Source of the DNA: Calditrichaceae bacterium
GTDB taxonomy: Bacteria; Calditrichota; Calditrichia; Calditrichales; JBFXGD01
Assembly: GCA_050173015.1 (NCBI GenBank)
Contig: JBFXLE010000013.1
Location: forward strand, 1-64,000
Length of the DNA stretch: 64,000 nucleotides
Reading direction: 5' to 3'
Position numbers and translations under genes: made by a program. The notes under the pieces are model-generated. The model had not been told where the DNA came from. It was given only the letters and a program-made list of their open reading frames with translations, and searched no databases. Below, piece by piece: positions 27,934 to 37,505 of the stretch; the stretch's first letter is position 1, and the number at the start of each line of letters is the position of its first letter.

Positions 27934-28674
27934 TCAAAATAATCCATCTTTTTTCATGTAGTACTCCGAAGTCAGTTTAGGTTCATCGGTTATAATTCCC
28001 TTAACCTGATCAAATCGGTCAATTCTGCTCAAATCCTGAAGATTATTGACTGTCCACGCGTAAACAGGCAAGTCTCTTTTCCGCGCCTCGGACATCAGAT
28101 TTTCATCAATAAGCGAATGAAACGGATGTATTGTGTCAATCCCGTTCAGATTTCTTATCACCCTGTGAAATAGAAAAAGACGTTTAAATAAAAATCCTGT
28201 TTTGATTTTATCGTTCCTGGATTTGAGTGAACGAAGCAAAAACGGATTGAAAGAAGAAATCCAGATTTGCTCCGCGGTTCCGCTTTTTTCTATCACTTTA
28301 CTCAGGTGGTGAACAAACTCGCGATTTGCCAGAAATCCGGATTTTGCTTCGATGTTTATCGGCACCGTATCTTTAAAATGTTCGAGTACTTCTGATAGTT
28401 TTGGTATTTTCACGGCGGAGGATTCTACCTGATTTGTAAATCTCATTGCCTGTAACCGCTCTAAATTGGTGCCGCTAACCCGATCAGGAGATCCAAATAG
28501 TCGTTTTAACGAATAATCGTGAAAAACCACAAGCTCATGGTCACCGCAAAGCCGGACATCGAGCTCCAGTCCGTTTGCCCCCTGCTTTAACGCTGTTTCC
28601 ATGGCGGGAATGGTATTTTCTGGGTAGGTGTTACCGTTTCCCCTGTGGGAAATGATAAGTGGATTCAACTTCAA
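27934..28674 (-). CDS. Glycerophosphodiester phosphodiesterase
   Basis: SHRG..PENT, ELDV, VVFHD, NIEAK, WTVN, GIITD. Confidence 0.92.
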   Translation of the reverse strand: MKLNPLIISHRGNGNTYPENTIPAMETALKQGANGLELDVRLCGDHELVVFHDYSLKRLFGSPDRVSGTNLERLQAMRFTNQVESSAVKIPKLSEVLEHFKDTVPINIEAKSGFLANREFVHHLSKVIEKSGTAEQIWISSFNPFLLRSLKSRNDKIKTGFLFKRLFLFHRVIRNLNGIDTIHPFHSLIDENLMSEARKRDLPVYAWTVNNLQDLSRIDRFDQVKGIITDEPKLTSEYYMKKDGLF

Positions 28675-28676
28675 TT

Positions 28677-29798
28677 TTACCGGTTCAATATTTCATTATA
28701 ATAATCTAAATAAAGCGGAACGATTTTGTCCGCGTTATACCTGCTTACGGCTAATTCCTTCGCGTTCCTCCCAAGTGACAATCTCAACTCCTTGTCTTCG
28801 AGAAGCTGAGCCACATGCTCCGCAAACGCCTTGGTATCGCCGATATCGACGGTAAAACCTGTCTCGCCGTGAATGTTGACTTCCGGTAATCCACCGGCGT
28901 TAGTAGAGACGCAAGGGACGCCGCAGGCCATCGCTTCAAGAACCGCTAACCCAAAACTCTCGTTTTCACTCGGCAGCAGGAATACATCGGTGCCGGCCAG
29001 AATTTCACTAACATTTTCCTGTTTGCCGAGGAATAATATGTAATCGCATAATCCTTTTTCCCGGCATTCTTTTTCTACCCGGTATCGTTCCGGCCCATCA
29101 CCAACCATAAGAAGTTTGAATTTGAATTTTTTTGAAAGCTGCTCAACTACGGGAATCAATTCGTGGACTCTTTTTAAAGGCCTGAAATTGGAGATGTGTG
29201 TCAGTACAAATTCATCCTCATTGACACAGTAAGGTTTTACACTTTTGGAATCATGAGTTTCCAGGAAATCATCTGGAATAAAATTTGGAATGACCCGAAT
29301 ATCATTTTTAATCTGAAAAGTGCTTTCCGTTTGTTTTTTTAGAAAATCAGATACAGCGGTAACGCCATTACTCTGCTCGATAGAAAACTTTACGATTTTA
29401 ATATAGGAAGGATCCGATCCGATCAGGGTGATATCCGTACCATGAAGCGTGGTGATGAATTTAAAATTCTTCTTCTCCGTCATTTCTCTTGCCAGATACG
29501 CGCTCGTCGCGTGGGGAATCGCATAATGCACATGAAGAATGTCAAGATTGGCGGATTCTATAATTTCAGCCATTTTTGAAGCCAGTGAAAGGGAGTAGGG
29601 TGGGTATTCAAATAATGGATATTTTAGAACTTCGACTTCATGAAAAAATAGATTTGCGGTGAATCTGTTTAAACGGTATGGCAGGGCATAGGTGATAAAA
29701 TGTACTTCATGCCCCATTAGCGCGAATTTTTTACCCAGCTCGGTTGCCACTACTCCGCTTCCGCCATAAGTCGGATAACATGTAATACCTATTTTCAT
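28677..29798 (-). CDS. bshA: N-acetyl-alpha-D-glucosaminyl L-malate synthase (bacillithiol biosynthesis)
   Basis: MKIGITCYPTYGGSGVVATELG, HVHYAIPHA, TTLHGTDIT, HISNFRPLKR, ESFGLA. Confidence 0.95.
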   Translation of the reverse strand: MKIGITCYPTYGGSGVVATELGKKFALMGHEVHFITYALPYRLNRFTANLFFHEVEVLKYPLFEYPPYSLSLASKMAEIIESANLDILHVHYAIPHATSAYLAREMTEKKNFKFITTLHGTDITLIGSDPSYIKIVKFSIEQSNGVTAVSDFLKKQTESTFQIKNDIRVIPNFIPDDFLETHDSKSVKPYCVNEDEFVLTHISNFRPLKRVHELIPVVEQLSKKFKFKLLMVGDGPERYRVEKECREKGLCDYILFLGKQENVSEILAGTDVFLLPSENESFGLAVLEAMACGVPCVSTNAGGLPEVNIHGETGFTVDIGDTKAFAEHVAQLLEDKELRLSLGRNAKELAVSRYNADKIVPLYLDYYNEILNR

Positions 29799-29801
29799 CT
29801 G

Positions 29802-31316
29802 CTACATCACCATTTTTTCGTTAAATTCTTTGATCTGATTTCGTCCGTTTCGTTTTGCATAATACAGCGCGGTGTCCGATTGATTTATTAAACTCTTATA
29901 ATCAACAGAATCTTCCATCAACGATGCAACTCCTATGCTTACCGTAATATTTCCGTTCGGCTGAACTTCTTCGTGCTCAAATGCAGCGCTTTCGATTCTT
30001 TCCCTTAAACGTTCAGCGAGGACCGATGCTCCATCCCTGTCAACCGCCGGTAGAATCACCGCGAATTCTTCCCCTCCGTATCTGGCGACGATGTCATTTT
30101 CACGAACAGTTTCTTTAAGAATATGACCGAGTTTACGCAGAACCTCGTCGCCTGCCTGATGACCAAGCGTATCGTTGTAATTTTTAAAAAAATCAACATC
30201 CAGAATCAGTAGTGAAAGTCCCGTTTTGGTACGATTATGACGCACAACCTCTTCTTTTAATCTCAGTTCAAAATACCGGAAATTATGTAAATCAGTCATT
30301 CCGTCCGTATATGAAAGCTGTTCGACTTCGTTGTATAACGCCGCGTTTGTCACGGCTACCGATATCATATTGCTGAGAATGGAAATTTGCTGTAATTCTC
30401 TTTCTTCATAGTTTTGCTTTTTTACTCTGGGACCAAGACAGATAAGCCCTTCGAGCGAATTTTTAACGATGATGGGTGTAATGATCTCAATATGCAGGTT
30501 CAGCATCGTTTTTAAGGCGGATGAATTTTTTAGCTTGTGGCTCATTTCTTTCAGCATGACCGGATAACCGCGTGTTTCGAAGAATTTCTCCAGCGGGTCG
30601 CTTTTTTGAATTACGAGATCTTCGACATCTTTTTGAAAGAAACCTTTTGAATTAATAACTTCGAGTCTTCTGGTGGCCGGTTTTAACGCGTATAAAAACA
30701 ATGCGCTTTTGCAGGAAAACTGCCCGATAATAGTCAGCAGCGTCGAGTTGATCAATCTTTTCATTTCAAGAATCGAGTTGAGCTCCATGGAAATTTCAAA
30801 CAGGGTATGGAGTCCAAAAATATTTTTTCTTAATTCTCTGTTTTTCTCAATCAGGGTTTGATTGAGATTGTTGATTTGCCTGTTAGCGGAAGCAAGTTGA
30901 AGAGATTGACTAAGAAGCAGTTCATTCAGTTTTTTTAGTCGCAACGCCGAGTTGACACGCGCGATGAGTTCATCCAGATGAAAAGGTTTTACCAGATAAT
31001 CATCAGCGCCCGCATCCAAACCCTGCACAATGTCGCTCACCGTGTTCTTGGCGGTGATGATAATGATGGGAGTATAATTAGAACCCTGATCGATCTTTTT
31101 AATTTCTTTAATTACATCCAGCCCGGACATCCCAGGAAGCATAATATCCATAAGAACCAGGTCCGGGTCTTCATCCTTGAATTTTTGCAGACCCAGCTCA
31201 CCGTTTTCAGCTTCGATGGCCGTATAATTCTGAGATTTGAGATACTTTTTAAGTATCTTCATCATGTCCTGATGATCTTCGACGATCAGGATTTTCTTTT
31301 GGTCGGTAACTTCCAT
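29802..31316 (-). CDS. Response-regulator diguanylate cyclase (REC-coiled coil-GAF-GGDEF)
   Basis: REC (MDIMLP, KPF), GAF-like middle region, GGEEF active site with RxxD (REND) I-site. Confidence 0.92.
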   Translation of the reverse strand: MEVTDQKKILIVEDHQDMMKILKKYLKSQNYTAIEAENGELGLQKFKDEDPDLVLMDIMLPGMSGLDVIKEIKKIDQGSNYTPIIIITAKNTVSDIVQGLDAGADDYLVKPFHLDELIARVNSALRLKKLNELLLSQSLQLASANRQINNLNQTLIEKNRELRKNIFGLHTLFEISMELNSILEMKRLINSTLLTIIGQFSCKSALFLYALKPATRRLEVINSKGFFQKDVEDLVIQKSDPLEKFFETRGYPVMLKEMSHKLKNSSALKTMLNLHIEIITPIIVKNSLEGLICLGPRVKKQNYEERELQQISILSNMISVAVTNAALYNEVEQLSYTDGMTDLHNFRYFELRLKEEVVRHNRTKTGLSLLILDVDFFKNYNDTLGHQAGDEVLRKLGHILKETVRENDIVARYGGEEFAVILPAVDRDGASVLAERLRERIESAAFEHEEVQPNGNITVSIGVASLMEDSVDYKSLINQSDTALYYAKRNGRNQIKEFNEKMVM

Positions 31317-31490
31317 ATTGTTCTCATTGGCCTTTTGATTAAATGATCATGTTGATTTAGAATATATAAATATCTAATTTCATTAAAAATAATTATTAAA
31401 TTTTAGTCATTCGGACTCCAACCAGGTTCCTGTTTGATTTTTTATACGTCATTTGATAAATATATTTATCAAAATATCAGGGGTGTTGAT

Positions 31491-31943
31491 GTGAAGCAAA
31501 TCAATTTTTATGCGTTTTTTATTTTTGGTTCGATTATTTTGAGCATTATTTTAACGCAAAGCTGCGAGAGCGGAACAAATCCTGCCGATATCGATTATGA
31601 GCTGCCGGAAAAAAATTTGAGTTATTATGACGACCTTCAGCCGATGTTCAACGGAAAATGCGCGTTTGAATCCGGATGTCATGGAACAGATAACCCGGAG
31701 TTATTTATAAATTTTGATCAGAAAAATGATGTAATGAACTATCGTTTTCGTGTAACCGGAGAAAAACTTGTCGACATTGTGAGAGATCTGCCAAATCCCG
31801 AATTATCGCCATTATACCTGATTGTCACGGAAGGATATAATTCCTACAAAGAAATAAAACGGATGCCGCTGGACCGGAACCGTCTTCCCCAAAATAATAC
31901 CGATGGTATTAAACAATGGATAAAAGAAGGCGCTAAGGACTGA
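31491..31943 (+). CDS. Putative lipoprotein with monoheme cytochrome-c-like domain (CX5CH)
   Basis: Signal peptide ending QSC; SYYDDLQPMF..CAFESGCH...RMP...IKQWIKEGA pattern resembles planctomycete-type cytochrome c domains; GTG start inferred. Confidence 0.6.
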   Translation: MKQINFYAFFIFGSIILSIILTQSCESGTNPADIDYELPEKNLSYYDDLQPMFNGKCAFESGCHGTDNPELFINFDQKNDVMNYRFRVTGEKLVDIVRDLPNPELSPLYLIVTEGYNSYKEIKRMPLDRNRLPQNNTDGIKQWIKEGAKD

Positions 31944-31954
31944 AAGATTTCAGG

Positions 31955-34654
31955 TTATAATTTCAAATGTATATAAGAATAGGGTATAAGCCGCACCGGT
32001 CCGTATAACCCGTATTCTCTTGTAAAATATTCGTTGTTGCCGCCGGCATTCTGTTCCGCCAGATAATTTGAGAGGTTGTTCGCGACAGTGATGCTTATTT
32101 TATTTTCTCCGGCGTTCACATAGTTTGTAATGTCAAAAAGCCAAGGTGGAGAATAAATACTTCCCACAAACTGATTATTGACAGATAGTCTGCACCAGTC
32201 GCTTAAATCTCCCAGATCAAGCAGCAGTTTTTTATTCTCCAGATAATCTTTATTAATAACGATGAGTTTGTGATAAGTCAGAAAATCACTATGGAACGGA
32301 AAAGCGGCGCTCTGATCGCCAAGATTTACCTTGTTTTTAAAATGTTTGCTTTCCATGAACCAGTTTTCAGGACTTACCACTAAAATCGGGAGTTTTTTCT
32401 TTACTTCATAGGCTAATTTTTTAGTTTCCCCGCCTTTTCTGACCATTACAGCATATTCACCGATTTCTCTTTGCCACCCGACCAGTTCCAATTCAGACTC
32501 ATTTTGATTAAGTATCTCACAATGATCCAATTTTGCTTCACTGATCTGCCAAAAATTTTCAGCTTTCGTTTTGTCAATAATGATCAGGTTGCTCTCTCCG
32601 CCGTGTAATTTAACATAAAATGTCAAACCGCCTGAGTCACAGACCCATCTGGGGACGGGCACTTTCCGGGCATCTCCAAATTCCCACTTATAGGGGACGC
32701 CAACAAGACGCGTTTTAAAATTAATCTCAATTTTCTCATCCCGGTTGGAATTAAAAAGAAACAGAATATAGGATTCATCTGTTTCACGCAGGATATATTT
32801 AAGTCCGGGGCGTTTTGATTCGGGGAAGATTATAATATGCTGTTTAATGTCCTGCAGAACCTCGGAGAAACGTTCGATATTTTCCTGAAAATAGCCCATT
32901 CCTCCCGCGCCGTTAAGTTTGAAATGAGTGCTGGGCAGATCGGCCTCTTCCGGCCATATTTCACTTTTAAGCCGATTAAATCCATCTTGATTTTTTGATG
33001 AATTATCTTGCGAAGGGAGCTGCGCCAGGGCAATCACAAAACCGCCATTGGCATAAAAAACCGCCAATTTTTTCATGGTGGACAGAGACACAGTATTTAC
33101 ACCGGGCAGAATGATGAATTTGAATTTTTTATCCCGAAATGTAAACAGGCCATCCGCGACCTGACAATAGTTATCATCTTCCAAAGTACTAAACTCAATA
33201 ATATCATAATCCAGACTCAATTCTTCCGCTTTTTTTATTGTCTCAAAAAATGAAGTTTTGTCTTCATCAAGTTCGGGATAAACGATAAGGAATTCAGGTC
33301 TGTGCTTACCTTGCAGTAGATATTTTTCCAATCCCCGGAGATAATCATACCAGTGTAAGTATTCATTAAAATTAGGATCAGTTTCAGGGAGATCGCTGTA
33401 AAATTCACGCTCAAACGCGGGAAATTTAAAATAAAACCGATTCACTCCTCGGCTCATCAGATAATCAATCTGATATTTCTTTTCGTGAAATGAGTATCCT
33501 GTATTTATAATATCATGAATGCCGGCTTTAATTTCCTTTACATTGTTTTTAAGGGCTTGTCCGGACGCTCTTTTCAAATTCGCGATGACCCGATATAAAT
33601 AGGGGTTTTCGGGAAAGAATCGTTTTTCATCGATCATGAATATGCATTTTGTGCTAAATTGAGTTCCGGGAATGATGGAATTTATGGCTTCAACTGTAAA
33701 TTCATTTTTATTGTTCTTGCTGCTCAGGAGGGGGTATATTTCTTTGTCAATATAATCGCGAAAAAACCGGTTGAATTTTATGTTTTGACTGAATGATTTC
33801 CCGCCGTTCAGCAAAAATTCCGCCAGATCATAATTAAATTCATTTTTAGTGAATTTTTTATACGCGTTCCTGATGGATTCTGTTGCGGAGACTAATAAAT
33901 CGTTTTTTATGATACGGTTCAAGTCGAAGTATATGCCCGGGTCAGGATGAATTTGAGTTGATTTTATATTGTCGCCATTCTTACCGGTTAATAAAGACGA
34001 ATAATCTTGATAAAATACCGGCTTGTTTTCAAAGAAAACCTGTAATTTCCGTATGATGATAATCCGGATATTCTCAACAGATCCGGTCCTGACGTGGAGT
34101 ACGCCGCTATTCAGATTAAGATATTTGGTGACATCTTTAATGTCCTGATCCGGGGAAGCGCCCGGCGACATAAATACAGCTTCAATATCTTCAGGGGAAG
34201 GAAGGGTAAGTATCGCGTGTTTTTTCTCGGCATTTATGGTATAAATTTCCGGTTCATCTCCCCAGAAATTAAAAATATCAAGTCCGAGATAATGCTGATT
34301 TTTATGGTATTGGTTCGTACAGAAGAATAATGGCTGGAGAAATTGCTTTAACTGATCACGGTACTGATTCAACAACCGGAGAGAATCGAGAGTACTATAT
34401 CGGGAATAGTTGATGCCCGAATCAGAATGATCAATATAATGATTGAATGATTCCGGTTTCCCGGAAAGATCCCTTATGGACAAAGACTGTATTTTTATTG
34501 ATTTTAGAATGGACAGAATATCAGATAAATAGGTATTGTCAAGCTGGCCGTTGATGTCGATAAATGCTGAAACCGCCTGAGGAAGTTTGGATGTTGTCAA
34601 AATTCTTCCTCCTTCGGTTCTTTCGTCGGGCGCTCTGAATTCAGACTTTATCAT
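31955..34654 (-). CDS. Large glycoside-hydrolase-like protein (divergent GH106/GH2-like C-terminal half)
   Basis: DYLMSRGVN, YLLQGK.RPEFLIVYP, IILPG, FLFN, LDLGDL..L.VN, P.LFDIT....GENKISITVAN, GLYGPV. Confidence 0.55.
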   Translation of the reverse strand: MIKSEFRAPDERTEGGRILTTSKLPQAVSAFIDINGQLDNTYLSDILSILKSIKIQSLSIRDLSGKPESFNHYIDHSDSGINYSRYSTLDSLRLLNQYRDQLKQFLQPLFFCTNQYHKNQHYLGLDIFNFWGDEPEIYTINAEKKHAILTLPSPEDIEAVFMSPGASPDQDIKDVTKYLNLNSGVLHVRTGSVENIRIIIIRKLQVFFENKPVFYQDYSSLLTGKNGDNIKSTQIHPDPGIYFDLNRIIKNDLLVSATESIRNAYKKFTKNEFNYDLAEFLLNGGKSFSQNIKFNRFFRDYIDKEIYPLLSSKNNKNEFTVEAINSIIPGTQFSTKCIFMIDEKRFFPENPYLYRVIANLKRASGQALKNNVKEIKAGIHDIINTGYSFHEKKYQIDYLMSRGVNRFYFKFPAFEREFYSDLPETDPNFNEYLHWYDYLRGLEKYLLQGKHRPEFLIVYPELDEDKTSFFETIKKAEELSLDYDIIEFSTLEDDNYCQVADGLFTFRDKKFKFIILPGVNTVSLSTMKKLAVFYANGGFVIALAQLPSQDNSSKNQDGFNRLKSEIWPEEADLPSTHFKLNGAGGMGYFQENIERFSEVLQDIKQHIIIFPESKRPGLKYILRETDESYILFLFNSNRDEKIEINFKTRLVGVPYKWEFGDARKVPVPRWVCDSGGLTFYVKLHGGESNLIIIDKTKAENFWQISEAKLDHCEILNQNESELELVGWQREIGEYAVMVRKGGETKKLAYEVKKKLPILVVSPENWFMESKHFKNKVNLGDQSAAFPFHSDFLTYHKLIVINKDYLENKKLLLDLGDLSDWCRLSVNNQFVGSIYSPPWLFDITNYVNAGENKISITVANNLSNYLAEQNAGGNNEYFTREYGLYGPVRLIPYSYIHLKL

Positions 34655-34932
34655 AATTTATAACTTCTCCGGGATTTCCGGATAAGGATTCCGGTTTGTT
34701 GTTTCGTTTCAGATCTTCAAATATATTTGTTTTAAGCGTAAAATATTTTAAAATACATTCTTGTTCGGAGGAATACCGGGTGTATCGATAATTTTTGATT
34801 TAAGTTATCATTATCATTACAAATTTGTTGAGTAATAAGTCACAATTCAACCATTTTTTTGATAATTTATAAAAATGAAAAATAACTGATTCTTTAGCAA
34901 TTTTAAGTTTATTGGGAACGAGCAAAATAGAA

Positions 34933-35676
34933 ATGACCATTAAAAAGAGTATATTAATAGTATTTCTGATATTATTTAGCGCCGGGTTCATACTTGGAGG
35001 ATACATCTATTCTTCGATACCCGATTTGACCTATCTGAAAGGGAAAAATCCGGAAATGACCGCGCTCATGAATATGAGGGTCGCGGATGCGAAGGCCGCG
35101 GGAAAAAAACTACACATCAGGCAAAGCTGGGTTGCCTTCGATAACATACCGGATATTCTGCAAAAATCCGTACGTATTACGGAGGACGCGTCCTTTTATA
35201 CACATCAGGGCGTTGACAGAATTGAATTATGGGAATCGTTGAAGAGAAATTGGGAGAAGGGCAGGTACGCGCGTGGAGGAAGCACTATTACTCAACAGCT
35301 CGCGAAAAATTTATTTCTCAGTACCAAAAAAAGCCTGCTCCGAAAGGTCAAAGAAATTATAATTGCCCGGAAAATGGAAGCGACTCTGAGCAAAAACAGG
35401 ATATTCCATCTATATTTAAATGTCATCGAATTTGGTCCTGGAATTTTCGGAGTTGAAGCGGCATCAGAATTTTATTTTTATAAAAGTGTCACTGAACTAA
35501 ATCTGGAAGAGATCGTGCGGCTGACAGCAGTAATTCCCCGACCTCTTGTTACACGCCCGACCGATAACAGCAAGTGGCTCAACTGGAAATCAAGATGGAT
35601 TTTAGGCAAACTGTTAAAATACGGATATATAAGTCAGGACGCATATGATGAAACCATTGAAAAATTCGGATCATAA
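34933..35676 (+). CDS. mtgA: Monofunctional peptidoglycan transglycosylase
   Basis: EDASFYTHQG, GGSTITQQLAKNLFL, RKVKE, YLNVIEFG; start codon uncertain (34912-34933). Confidence 0.92.
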   Translation: MTIKKSILIVFLILFSAGFILGGYIYSSIPDLTYLKGKNPEMTALMNMRVADAKAAGKKLHIRQSWVAFDNIPDILQKSVRITEDASFYTHQGVDRIELWESLKRNWEKGRYARGGSTITQQLAKNLFLSTKKSLLRKVKEIIIARKMEATLSKNRIFHLYLNVIEFGPGIFGVEAASEFYFYKSVTELNLEEIVRLTAVIPRPLVTRPTDNSKWLNWKSRWILGKLLKYGYISQDAYDETIEKFGS

Positions 35677-35738
35677 AAATGTTGTTCAGAAGCCTGAAAC
35701 CTCTGCAAATTCTGGAATGCTCAATTAAGCGGTCACTT

Positions 35739-37505
35739 ATGAATAGAAAAATATTATTTCTGACATCAATTATTGTCATAATCCTTTGTTTTGAGTTAAA
35801 CGCTCAAAATTCCGTCACGGTCAGAAAGGTGGAATTTGCCGGTAATTTATCCGCGCCTTCCGCTGAAATAAAAAAGGGTTGGGAGCTCAAAAAAGGTCGA
35901 ATATTTAATAAACAGAAGCTGGCGGAGAGTGTCGATAAATATGAACGCTATCTAAATGACCTCGGCTATCTGTTTATGAGGATTGATTCAGTCCAAACGG
36001 TTTATGAAAAAGACTCAACAGCAGTGCTGCTCAGAATTTATGGTGATGAAGGAAAACGGGTTGTATGGGGGAATATTGAAGTCAAATCCGATTCCGTTTC
36101 GGCAGACTTGTACCGCAGGCAATTAAATGTCACTGAAAATTCAAATTATTCGCGCAGCGGTCTGGAGAAGGATTTGAAACGGTTGTTGTCCGTGGCTGCG
36201 GATTCAGGATTTTTGTTTGCCGAAGTTGATTTTCAAAACATGCAATTCAGACCTGAAGACAATAACTATTATTTGGATATTAATATTAAAATCAATGAAA
36301 ATGAGCGCGCTTCTATACAGAATATACTGGTAAAAGGTAATCATTATACAAGAGATCATGTTATTTTAAGAGAGCTGAATGTCAGTAACGGGGATGTTTA
36401 CTCCGACCGGAGGATAAAACAGATTCCGGAAAAATTGACTCGTCTTTCTTTTTTTAAAAATGTAAAAAAACCGGCCATTATAATGAATGGCGAAAAGGAT
36501 ATAGATCTGGTAATTGAGGTGGAAGAGGGAAACGCGACATATTTTGACGGTGTCGTGGGGTATATTCCGGGTGACAATACGGTAGCTAATCCCGATGGGT
36601 ATTTCACGGGACTGGTTGATCTAAATTTTAAAAATTTGTTTGGGACCGGACGCCAATTTGATATCCACTGGAAGAAAGCCGATCAGTATTCGGAAGAATT
36701 CAGCCTGGCATATACCGAACCCTGGATACTGGGCTATCCGCTTGACCTGGGTTTGGGGTTGGACAGGGTAGTAAGAGACAGCACTTACGTTGAATGGAAT
36801 TACAGTCTGAACGCGCGTCTCAAAATATTTGATAATCTGTCTTTAGTAAGCCTGTTGGAACAAAAAACAGTGACTCCTGATTCGGCCGCGAGCCGGGATC
36901 TGAGACTGGCAAAGAATTCGGTGCTAAATATGGAAATAGGTGTTGAATATGATACCAGAGATTATCAAATAAATCCGAGATCCGGAATTTTTTATAACAG
37001 TTCCTATAGTTACGGGGTCAAAAATAATTTGGGTCCCGACTATCTCCTGGATGAGGATAACATTTCAAAAAGTGAAGAGCTTCAGACCATTAAATTAAAA
37101 TTTGAATGGTTTTATAATTTTTATAAAAATCAGGTGTTTTCTGTCTCAATGAATGCGAATCAGATTAAAGGGGACCGTCTGCAGTTGTCCGATTACTTTT
37201 GGTTTGGAGGCGCGAGAAGTCTGCGCGGATACAGGGAAAATCAGTTCAGGGGAGACATCATAGCCTGGTCAAACATCGAGTATCGCTTTATTCTAAACCG
37301 CAATTCGCGTATATTTCTGTTTAGTGATTGGGGTTATTACCAGTATACAGAGAATGACCGGGTTGTCGATGACACGCTCCCGGGGTATGGTCTGGGTATC
37401 CGCATGGATACGCCGATGGGTATTCTTGGCGTGGACTTTGGTTTAGGACGGGGCGATAGTTTCAGCGAGGGTAAAATACATTTTGGCATTATTAACAGGT
37501 TTTAA
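35739..37505 (+). CDS. BamA/TamA (Omp85) family outer-membrane protein
   Basis: Signal peptide, POTRA motifs (GNHYTRDHVILREL), NLFGTGR, GGARSLRGY lid motif, C-terminal Phe. Confidence 0.88.
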   Translation: MNRKILFLTSIIVIILCFELNAQNSVTVRKVEFAGNLSAPSAEIKKGWELKKGRIFNKQKLAESVDKYERYLNDLGYLFMRIDSVQTVYEKDSTAVLLRIYGDEGKRVVWGNIEVKSDSVSADLYRRQLNVTENSNYSRSGLEKDLKRLLSVAADSGFLFAEVDFQNMQFRPEDNNYYLDINIKINENERASIQNILVKGNHYTRDHVILRELNVSNGDVYSDRRIKQIPEKLTRLSFFKNVKKPAIIMNGEKDIDLVIEVEEGNATYFDGVVGYIPGDNTVANPDGYFTGLVDLNFKNLFGTGRQFDIHWKKADQYSEEFSLAYTEPWILGYPLDLGLGLDRVVRDSTYVEWNYSLNARLKIFDNLSLVSLLEQKTVTPDSAASRDLRLAKNSVLNMEIGVEYDTRDYQINPRSGIFYNSSYSYGVKNNLGPDYLLDEDNISKSEELQTIKLKFEWFYNFYKNQVFSVSMNANQIKGDRLQLSDYFWFGGARSLRGYRENQFRGDIIAWSNIEYRFILNRNSRIFLFSDWGYYQYTENDRVVDDTLPGYGLGIRMDTPMGILGVDFGLGRGDSFSEGKIHFGIINRF

